DNA of 59,283 nt, the filler included. It is 7 parts of 7 records of this genome, joined end to end, with 100 filler letters (N's around TTAATTAATTAA, not from the genome) between each part and the next. Parts side by side here need not be neighbours in the genome. Positions count along the whole stretch, not along the records: positions 1 to 12,697 come from SRR31156797_53751; 6 more parts are not named here. One strand, written 5' to 3'. Below are positions 1-7,663 of this stretch, piece by piece. Both the position numbers and the translations under genes were made by a program. Every line of letters begins with the position of its first letter. Position 1 is the first letter of the stretch. The notes beneath the pieces are model-generated. The model did not search any database and was not told where the DNA came from. It saw nothing but the letters and a program-made list of their open reading frames with translations.

Positions 1-831
1 CATCTGGTTCATGGAGACGGTGCCCCATTTCCTGAGCAGGATCTTGTAGAGCAGGCCGTCCTGGGTGAGAACCGTGGGCATGATCCGCATGAGGGCGCCC
101 ACCGGGGCGGTCAGGGGGCCGGGGATAAAGGGGGGCTGGAACTGGACCCAGCTGTTGCAGATCCGGCTGAGGCGTTTGATCTCGTCCCGGTTGTGGGGAA
201 CGATCCGCTTGGTGCCGGCAAGGACCACGGCCTTGAGGCGTTTTGCGCCCATGACGGCGCCCAGGCCGCAGCGGGCGGCCATTCTGCCCCGGTCCGTGGA
301 GATGCCCGACATCAGGGAGCGGTTCTCCCCGGCGGGGCCGATGCAGGCCACCTTGGTGTTGGGCCGGTTTACGGTGTTGATGAGGGCGTTCTCCGTATCT
401 ACCGTGTCCTGGCCCCAGAAGGGGGCGGCGTCCCGGATCTCCCTGACATGGTCGTCGCAATAGAGGTAGACCGGTGTTTTGCTTTCGCCCGTGACAAAGA
501 TGCCGTCAAAGCCGCAGCGCTTGATGGCGGGGGAGAAGTGGCCGCCGCAGTTGGCCTCGCCCCAGGCCCCGGTGAGGGGGGACTTGCCCACCACCATCCA
601 GCGGCCGGTGAAGAGGCTGCCGGTGCCGGTGAGAAGGCCGGACATGAATCCCAGCATGTTGTCGGGTCCCAGGGGATCGGCATTGGCCGGAATCCGGTTG
701 TAGAGCATCCACGCCCCAAGGCCCATGCCCGACAGATAGGACTCGTAGACCGTGTCGGGGATGATCTCCTCCCGGATTTTGCGGGTTGTGAGATCCACCA
801 TGAGCACCTTACCCATATATCCTTTTTTCAT
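1..831 (-). CDS. aor: Aldehyde:ferredoxin oxidoreductase (W/Mo-pterin AOR family), N-terminal part, runs off window start
   Basis: Not in ORF track. Manual translation from ATG 831 (RBS GAGGA): MKKGYMGKVLMVDLTTRKIREE...ADPLGPDNMLGF...KSPLTGAWGEANCGGHFSP, typical AOR N-terminal motifs. Confidence 0.92.
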   Translation of the reverse strand, partial: MKKGYMGKVLMVDLTTRKIREEIIPDTVYESYLSGMGLGAWMLYNRIPANADPLGPDNMLGFMSGLLTGTGSLFTGRWMVVGKSPLTGAWGEANCGGHFSPAIKRCGFDGIFVTGESKTPVYLYCDDHVREIRDAAPFWGQDTVDTENALINTVNRPNTKVACIGPAGENRSLMSGISTDRGRMAARCGLGAVMGAKRLKAVVLAGTKRIVPHNRDEIKRLSRICNSWVQFQPPFIPGPLTAPVGALMRIMPTVLTQDGLLYKILLRKWGTVSMNQM

Positions 832-856
832 AGGTTCCTCTCCGGAAGTTGTTTGT

Positions 857-2104
857 CTAACCTGTTTTGATTTTTGAGCGGTCCAGGGGCGTTCCGTCCC
901 AGGCGGCGGAAAGCACCATCATGCAGTCGTCGAAATCCAGGTCCTCGGGGTTGTAAAAGATGGTGCCGTCCCCCAGGGCCGTTGCCGCGATGGTTTCAAT
1001 GTCCGGGCCGGTTATGGCCTGGCGTCCCTGGGGATCCTTGACCTGGCTGAAGCAGGTAAAATGGCGTCCGTCCGTGGCGTCATACAGGTCCTGGTTCAGC
1101 TTGCGGATGGCGGCGATGGCGGCCGTGGCCCGGTCCCGGGGGCGGGTGGTGGCATAGGCTTCGCTGCCGGCCAGGGGAAAAAGCAGTTCCGCGACTTTCT
1201 CCTCGATCTTGTGCAGGTTGTACTCCAGGCCGTAGGGCAGGAGGATGGCCATGCAGGTGCCGTGGGGCACGTGGCAGACCGCCCCCACCGAGTGACCCAG
1301 GGTGTGGACCATGCCTACCGTTGAGTTGGAAAAGGCGATGCCGGCCAGGGTGGCGGCCGTTGCCAGGGCCAGGCGGCCTTCCCGGTCGTCCGGCTGCTTG
1401 ACCACGTTCACCAGATGGGTGCGGATCAGCTCGATGGCCTCCAGGGCGTGGGCGTCGCTCAGGGGGTTCTTGGACAGGCAGGTGTAGGCCTCCACCGCAT
1501 GGGCCATGGCGTCCATGGCCGTTGCCGCGGTGATATGGGGGGGCAGGGTCAGGGTCATCCGGGGGTCGACCACGGCGGCGTCCGGCAGCAGAAACGGGGA
1601 CCCAAAGAGCATTTTTCGCTTTGCTTCATGGTCGGCGATCACGGCGGCGACGGTGACCTCGGAGCCGGTGCCCGCAGTGGTGGGAACGGCGATCAGGGGC
1701 TTGAGCTTCTTTTTCAGGGCATTGGCCCCGGTGAAGGCCATGAGATCGTCGGAGTCTTCGGAGACGAGGATGTTGACGCCCTTGGCCGTGTCCAGGACGG
1801 AACCGCCGCCCACGGCGATGATGGCGTCGCATTTGTGCTCCCGGTAGACCGAGGCCAGGCGGTTCACCACCTTGACGTCGGAATCGGGGGGCACATCGTC
1901 CTCCACCGTTCCCGGGGTGATGCCGCCCTCCATGGCCGTTATCACGGTATCCACAAGCCCGGCTCCGCTCACGCCCTTGTCCGTGATGATCAGGGGCGTT
2001 CGGGAACCCATGTCCGAGAGCAGCGCCGGTATCCGCTCCAGGGTCCCATGGCCCGCGACTGTTTTCACTCCGCAGCAGAATTCATAGTATTCAGGTACGT
2101 ACAT
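857..2104 (-). CDS. Iron-containing (type III) alcohol dehydrogenase
   Basis: GGGSVLDTAK and PTTAGTGSEVT motifs; metal ligands intact (DAMAH, HTLGH, VPHG). Confidence 0.95.
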   Translation of the reverse strand: MYVPEYYEFCCGVKTVAGHGTLERIPALLSDMGSRTPLIITDKGVSGAGLVDTVITAMEGGITPGTVEDDVPPDSDVKVVNRLASVYREHKCDAIIAVGGGSVLDTAKGVNILVSEDSDDLMAFTGANALKKKLKPLIAVPTTAGTGSEVTVAAVIADHEAKRKMLFGSPFLLPDAAVVDPRMTLTLPPHITAATAMDAMAHAVEAYTCLSKNPLSDAHALEAIELIRTHLVNVVKQPDDREGRLALATAATLAGIAFSNSTVGMVHTLGHSVGAVCHVPHGTCMAILLPYGLEYNLHKIEEKVAELLFPLAGSEAYATTRPRDRATAAIAAIRKLNQDLYDATDGRHFTCFSQVKDPQGRQAITGPDIETIAATALGDGTIFYNPEDLDFDDCMMVLSAAWDGTPLDRSKIKTG

Positions 2105-3287
2105 GGCGGTCTCCTTTTTTCATGGGGGTTCCGGAATGGGCATGGGCCAGGATGGCCATGGGGCAATCCGTGGTCATCCGCTCCAGGGTGCTGCGGCTGA
2201 TGCCGGCATCGTCAAGGGTTCTGGGGATGGCGGTGTCGGAGCGCCGGAACAGGCCGTTGATCAGCTGCCGCAGGATCGATAGAACATGGTCGAACCGCTG
2301 TTCTTCGGGGGTTGCGCAGTAGCGGTCCAGGCCGGCCAGGGGCAGGAGCAGGCGTTCCATGGTTTCCGGGGCGTTGCCGGACCGGTACTCGAGCACGGCG
2401 GGCAGGAGAACACCCATGAGGACGCCGGGATTGACCGAGGAAAACTCCCCAAGGGTGCGGCCCATGGTCACCGTGATCAGGTCATCGCAGTTGGAGAACA
2501 CATAGCCGGAGATGGCGGCCGCCATTGAAAGTTTGGCAAAGGCCTTTTCATTGGTTGACCCCCTGGAGAAAAACCGTTTTTGCCTTGCGGGGGTGAAAAA
2601 GGGCTCAAGGCAGGCCTCGAGGTTCTCCATGATAAGGGAGATGGCCGTGGCCGCATAGGACCGGATTAGGGGATTGGCCGTGGTCCCGTGGGCCTCCGTG
2701 CAGCAGGCCAGGGCGGCCAGGGCTTCGCCGGCCACCGCTTCCAGGGAGTCCCGGGCCATGAGCCGGGGATCGATCACCACCTTGTCCGGCATGAGAAAGG
2801 GCGACGAATAGGAGAGGGCGTCCAGGGCGGCCTCGCCTGCGGTTTCAAACCCGGAGCTGGTCCCCGAGGGGATGTAGATGAGGGGGTTGAGGTGTTTTTT
2901 GATCTTGCCGTTTCCCGCCAGGGTCCTGAGGTTGCCCTGGGGCTCGGAAACCGCGATGTTCAGCACCTTTGCCACATGGGCCACCCGGTGGGTGCCCAGG
3001 GCCAGGATGGCGTCAAACCCCTTGTTCTGGTAGAGGGTGGTGAGCTCCCGCACGGTATCGATGCCGGAGGTGCCGTTGATGGAGTCAACCACGCCCAGGG
3101 TCATGCCCGATTCCCGGAAGGCATTGACCACATGGTCGGTTCCCTTTCTTTGGGTGATGGATTTGCTGGTGATCACCAGGGGTTTTTGGGCACCCAGGGC
3201 CGTAAGATCCGCAGGGAGGTGCTCCAGGGCGATTTTTCCGAAGCCGGTGGTGCACCGGCACAAAAATTCAATACTCGCTGGGTTCAT
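2091..3287 (-). CDS. Iron-containing alcohol dehydrogenase homolog with degenerate NAD- and metal-binding motifs
   Basis: Probable start MNPASIEFLC at 3287 (upstream extension in ORF track overlaps the next gene). Colinear with the neighbouring ADH but key motifs are replaced. Confidence 0.85.
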   Translation of the reverse strand: MNPASIEFLCRCTTGFGKIALEHLPADLTALGAQKPLVITSKSITQRKGTDHVVNAFRESGMTLGVVDSINGTSGIDTVRELTTLYQNKGFDAILALGTHRVAHVAKVLNIAVSEPQGNLRTLAGNGKIKKHLNPLIYIPSGTSSGFETAGEAALDALSYSSPFLMPDKVVIDPRLMARDSLEAVAGEALAALACCTEAHGTTANPLIRSYAATAISLIMENLEACLEPFFTPARQKRFFSRGSTNEKAFAKLSMAAAISGYVFSNCDDLITVTMGRTLGEFSSVNPGVLMGVLLPAVLEYRSGNAPETMERLLLPLAGLDRYCATPEEQRFDHVLSILRQLINGLFRRSDTAIPRTLDDAGISRSTLERMTTDCPMAILAHAHSGTPMKKGDRHVRT

Positions 3288-3304
3288 TCTCTTTGGGCTC
3301 CTTT

Positions 3305-3835
3305 TTAGTAACCGATGAGGGTCCGTGCGTTGACCAGGATGCGGTCGATGACATGCCGTTTCAGGGACCAGCGCGGATATCGCTTGATGGCGAGTTTGGC
3401 GATGAACTTGGGCAGCAGGTAGACCTGGACGATATCCAGGATCCTGACCACGGCACAGGCATGGGGCACATCGCCCTCCACAAAGAGGCGGCTCCGGGCG
3501 TTTGAAACCGGGGTGCTCTCCTGGAAGGTGAACAGCAGGAACAGGGCCTCGACGCTCTTGAGGGTCATCCAGAGGTCGATGGTCTTGTCCTTGACGGTGT
3601 GGCCCAGGTACTTGACCCGGCCGGCGTCGTCCTTTCCCACCACCATCCAGGGGCCGTTGGGAAAGGCGCCCAGGGCAAAGGAATACCCGTTGGGCAGCTC
3701 CTCGAACTCCTGCTTCACCCGTTTGTCCACCCGGGCCGATGCCTGGACCGCCCTGCCCACAAACCAGAGCATTAAGTTCAGGTAGATTCGCTTCAGGGGT
3801 TGCCCTTTGGGCGTGATTTCGACAAAATCCTCCAT
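3305..3835 (-). CDS. Hypothetical protein, possible SCP2/sterol-carrier-like fold
   Basis: 176 aa with RBS GAGGAGG; first gene of the ADH/AOR operon. SCP2-like pattern (RLFVEGD) is an inference. Confidence 0.7.
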   Translation of the reverse strand: MEDFVEITPKGQPLKRIYLNLMLWFVGRAVQASARVDKRVKQEFEELPNGYSFALGAFPNGPWMVVGKDDAGRVKYLGHTVKDKTIDLWMTLKSVEALFLLFTFQESTPVSNARSRLFVEGDVPHACAVVRILDIVQVYLLPKFIAKLAIKRYPRWSLKRHVIDRILVNARTLIGY

Positions 3836-3941
3836 TGCAGCCTCCTCTGTATTTGGATGAACTAACTATTGGTTCCGCTTGCCCTAGGATTGTTTTACAG
3901 CATCCGGGTCGCAACGCCGTGATCGGCCAGGTGACTGAATG

Positions 3942-3970
3942 AGAATAGAAATATCTTTGTGCAATGTCAA
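3942..3970 (-). promoter_or_regulatory. Sigma70-type promoter for the SCP2-like/ADH/ADH/AOR operon
   Basis: Minus strand TTGACA-N17-TATTCT about 105 nt upstream of ATG 3835. Confidence 0.6.
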
Positions 3971-4324
3971 GTCTAAAGAATGATGACTGTTTTTTTGTCG
4001 GGAACACCGTTCTATCGTCACAAGGATTGCCTTGAAAGATAACTTTTTTTCCACAGTGCATGATGGAGAGCGTGCATATTCGGGCGCAATGGGCCGGACC
4101 ATACGGGTATTTTTATTCCATTTTGATTTAATGTTACTGTTTTATCCCCTCCCGTCATCTTGTGCATGATTCTTGCCTTTTTATTTTGAATATCTGGTTT
4201 TTGACGCTGTTTCATCTCGAGCCGTAACGAAACAGCGTTTCTTGCATCATGACAATGGGTGATTTTATGAGTTGTTATGGTGCATTGGTTTTTTAACCAT
4301 TACCAAAAATAAGGAGGATGGAAA

Positions 4325-4885
4325 TTGAAGAACAAATTATTAATATTGTGCGTGTTTTTAGTTATGATTGTTTTCGGTTTTTTATCGACTGCCGGAGCGG
4401 TATCATTTTCAGGGGAGTATATGTTTACCGTGATTAAGTTTAAGAATGACAAACCTGCGAAAATGAGGAAGATGGAAAACCGGGCGGAAAGGTGGTTTTT
4501 TAAAAAAGGGATTTCCCGGGACGTTGATTTTGAATTTAACTCTAAAGTTGACGCGCCGGCTACTTCGGCCTCCGGAATGACGGTGACATATTACCGCGGG
4601 AAGAAGACAGGGGAATGGACAACCGATGTCCCCATCGAGTTTTATACGGTCAAGGGAAGCAGGCAGTTTGCGCTTTACTGGCTTGAAAGGGGGGCTCAAT
4701 GGGGCCTCTGGAGCACTGAACATTTAAAAAACAGGAGGGGAAAGCAGCCGAAAATATCCCACCTGTCCGGCTGGAATCCTGTTGCTCCCAAGCCTCTCCC
4801 TACCCCCGAGCCTTCTACCGTGGTCCTTCTTGGACTCGGCGTCATGGGACTTGTGGGCGTGGGCAGGAAGACGCTTCGTAAATAA
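4325..4885 (+). CDS. PEP-CTERM sorting domain-containing secreted protein
   Basis: TTG start after AAGGAGG; signal peptide; C-terminal PTPEPSTVVLLGLGVMGLVGVGRKTLRK (PEP motif, TM helix, basic tail). Confidence 0.9.
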   Translation: MKNKLLILCVFLVMIVFGFLSTAGAVSFSGEYMFTVIKFKNDKPAKMRKMENRAERWFFKKGISRDVDFEFNSKVDAPATSASGMTVTYYRGKKTGEWTTDVPIEFYTVKGSRQFALYWLERGAQWGLWSTEHLKNRRGKQPKISHLSGWNPVAPKPLPTPEPSTVVLLGLGVMGLVGVGRKTLRK

Positions 4886-4907
4886 TATTGGATCATTTAA
4901 GTGAGTC

Positions 4908-4950
4908 GTGACCTGCGGTGGAAATCCCTCCACCGCAGGTCACTTTTTTT
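4908..4950 (+). terminator. Intrinsic terminator between convergent PEP-CTERM and TonB receptor genes
   Basis: Perfect 15-bp stem GTGACCTGCGGTGGA/TCCACCGCAGGTCAC followed by T7. Confidence 0.85.
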
Positions 4951-4963
4951 ATGGGCTGAACGT

Positions 4964-7024
4964 TTAAAAGGCCAGGGTGCCGGAGATGCCGGCGGTCACG
5001 CCGGGCATGTCATACCCGTAGCGAAGCTGGTAATCCCGGTCGGTGACGTTGTTCACGTACCCCTTGAGGATGAACTCGCAGTCCCGGGGCAGCTTGAACC
5101 TATGTTCCGCGCCGATGTTGACGATGGTCACGTCATCCATGCGGTCGTCCTGCTTGGAGTAGCGGCGGCCCATGTAGTTGGCGTTGAGCTCCACCACCCC
5201 GTTTTCCCACAGCTTGTAGGCAAGGCCCAGCACCACCCGGTTCTTGGGCTGGTTCTGGAGCAGGTAGTGGGTCTCCTCGGTGTCCATGGGATGGCTGTCG
5301 GCATCCCAGTCCTGGAAGGTGTAGGATAGATATCCGCTCAAGTCGTTCCGGAAGTTCCGGGACAGCTCAAGCTCCAGGCCGTATACCACCATGTCGATGT
5401 TGTAGACAAGGGCTGCGGGCTCTGCCTGGATATAGTTGTGCTGCTGGTAATCGGTTATGTCCTGGTAAAACGCGGCGGCCCTGAACTTGGTGTCCTTCAC
5501 GATCTCCTTGACGCCGCCTATTTCATATGTCCATGAGGTTTCTGTTTTTAAATCGGGATTTGCCTTTGCGTACTCTTCGTTGGACCCGGCCCGGGCCCAT
5601 CTCCAGATGTCTCAGACTCAGGGGAGACGCATTTCACGGCTCACCGCCGCATAGAGGGCAAGGGTGTCATCCACACGATAGTCCAGCCGTGCCTTGGGGC
5701 ACCACTCCTCTTCCTTTCTCCGGTCTTTTTCCAGGGGGGTGGTCCCGAACACAAAGGAATCGCTCTCAAATTTGTACCACCGGGTGCCAAAGGTGAGGGT
5801 GAGCTTGGGGTTCAGGGTCCAGACATCCTGGAGATAGAGGGAGGTGATGGAATAAAAATCCTTGTTGTCCGTGGTGCCCTGGTCCCGGTAGTCCCCCCCG
5901 GCGGAAAGGGCGTGGTTTGGAAACAGGTCCACATCCAGGTAATCCAGGGAAAGGCCGCCGGTGTACTCCTTCTTGTAATTGCTGGTGTCGGAGCCATCGG
6001 CGAGATGGGCATACCGGGTGCGCTCGGAGATCTCCTTGTAGGCCATTGCCCGCACCACCCCCAGGCTCAGGGGCTGTTCAAAGAGCAGGCTCTGGGAGAG
6101 GTACTCCTTGTCCCATTCGCTCCTGCCGCCGTCATAGCATTTGCCCTCGAAGTCATGGGTGAAGGTGTCGATCTCGTCTTTTCGCACGATGGGATAGTCG
6201 GGATCGTAGTTGGAGGCGGGATCGTCCGGATCGTTGATCACCGCATACCCGGTCACGGTGTCGATATATTCGGCCCCATAGGTCAGGGTGCCGTTGGTGG
6301 GCAGGTAGAGGGAGATCCTGCCGGCGACATTATCGGTGTCATAGTCGTTGCCCCGCAGGTAACCGTCTCCCTCCCGGTGGCCGGCGGCAAAGGAGTAGCC
6401 GATGGTGTTGAAGGCGCCGCCGTTGACATTGGCGCTGTAACTCTGGTCTCCGTAAGCGCCCATGCCCACCTTGACCGATCCGTTGGGCCGTGGGTCATCG
6501 GTCTGTCTGCCTTTTTTGGTGATGATGTTGATGGCGCCGCCCATGGAAAAGGGGTAGAGCAGGGAGTGACTGCCCCGGATCACCTCGATGGTGTCCACGT
6601 TGTCGATGGGCAGGGTGGTCCAGTCCATCTTGAAATAGCCGTGGCTGCCATGGAGCCGCATGGGGCGGCCATCCATGAACACCTGGTACCGGGACTGGTC
6701 CATGCCCCGGATATAGACCCCCTCGGACTGGCTGGGGGTGGAAGAGGAGCGAAGCACGTTCACTCCCAGGGCCTGGTCCAGAAGATCCGTGATGTTCTCG
6801 ATCTTGCCCGGTTTTTTGAACTGATCCACATTGATCACCGTTACTTCGGGTGTCACCACCATGGATTCTTCCCGTAACGGATGATCCCGTACAATGACCT
6901 TGTCCAGTCGATAGGTTGATTGTTCCGTGTCCGGATCAACCCCGGCAAGGGCCTGGAACGGTATGGCACCGAGTAACAGGCATCCTGCGACAATGACAAG
7001 GCAGATGGTTTTAATGGCTCTCAC
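4964..7024 (-). CDS. TonB-dependent outer-membrane receptor (about 686 aa) with two in-frame TGA codons; probable selenoprotein (UxU)
   Basis: GTG start after AAGGAG; signal peptide; plug motifs (YIRG, IEVIRG, GGAINIITKK). ORFs 5618..7075 and 4964..5500 are in the same frame, joined by RLP-TGA-V-TGA-DIWRWARAGSNEEYAKANPDLKTETSWTYEIG. C-terminal Phe present. Confidence 0.88.
5581..5599 (-). promoter_or_regulatory. Candidate bacterial SECIS hairpin
   Basis: UGGGCCCG-GGC-CGGGUCCA: 8-bp stem with G at first loop position, starting after a 12-nt spacer following the second TGA (5612-5614). Confidence 0.7.
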
Positions 7025-7216
7025 AATACACATCTCCTTTCTCAAGTTAAAAGCATAGAATTCAAGGGTTGCCACATAAGAGAAAGGGTCCGGACAGGCC
7101 TTGTCCCGTCAGGGCGGGGGCGTTTATCCCCGCCACGCGATTGACGGCCCAAAGGCGCTGTGGTATTGGACAGAAGAATCCCCCCTTATCAAGGAGGGGC
7201 CATGGGGGAAGCAGCG

Positions 7217-7279
7217 TCAGTACTTTAGCGGGTGCCGGCTGCTTTCCCCAGCTCTTTCCTCTCTCTGTTTTTCATTCAC
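7217..7279 (-). CDS. Putative leader peptide/uORF (20 aa; 51 aa to TAA at 7124 if TGA is read through)
   Basis: Full SD AAGGAGGTGA (7290-7299) 10 nt before GTG; MNEKQREERAGESSRHPLKY-TGA-RC... Confidence 0.3.
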   Translation of the reverse strand: MNEKQREERAGESSRHPLKY

Positions 7280-7315
7280 TTCCTGTTTATCACCTCCTTG
7301 CAACGGGATTTACAC

Positions 7316-7369
7316 AAAAAAAAAGCCACAAAGACAACTCACCCGTTTTCGGGTGAAGGCCTTCATGGC
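7316..7369 (-). terminator. Terminator/attenuator hairpin in the TonB receptor leader
   Basis: GCCATGAAGGC..TCACCCG-AAAA-CGGGTGA..GTCTTTGTGGC followed by a T run; no same-strand gene lies upstream for it to terminate. Confidence 0.7.
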
Positions 7370-7663
7370 ATGATTCCAGGGTATTGCTCGATTTTTGCTT
7401 TACTACACATGCAACTTCTTGTCGCAATTCACGTTTCCTCTTACTAGGTTACCGCATTTGTGTCAACAGATAATTCGTGATTATCCGTTTGATAAGGGGG
7501 GAAAAAAGTGTTAAAGAAAATAGATCCTTTTTGCTCATTTCTTTTTAACATATTGCAGTGGCGAAAGTGGCAACGAGACCATGGTTCCCGGCATTGGGAC
7601 GTCCCCTGTTACGCATTCCCCAATCCAGGGCGAACCGACAATTCAAAATCAGGGAGGTTTGGA

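Noticed and set aside
3288-4061. N-terminal extension of the 656-aa ORF 2091..4061
   Set aside because: It overlaps the 3305..3835 gene in another frame; ADH similarity starts at Met 3287.
5612-5620. Genome-wide UGA reassignment to Trp or Gly
   Set aside because: Other genes on the same contig end normally at TGA (8776, 11343, 11878).
4964-7024. TonB receptor as a pseudogene or as two genes
   Set aside because: Both halves are in frame, both stops are TGA one codon apart, conserved motifs lie in the gap, and a SECIS-like hairpin follows. Not formally excluded without homolog data.
7080-7450. Cobalamin riboswitch, which would imply BtuB
   Set aside because: I could not find the B12-box or other core motifs by eye; an Rfam scan is needed.
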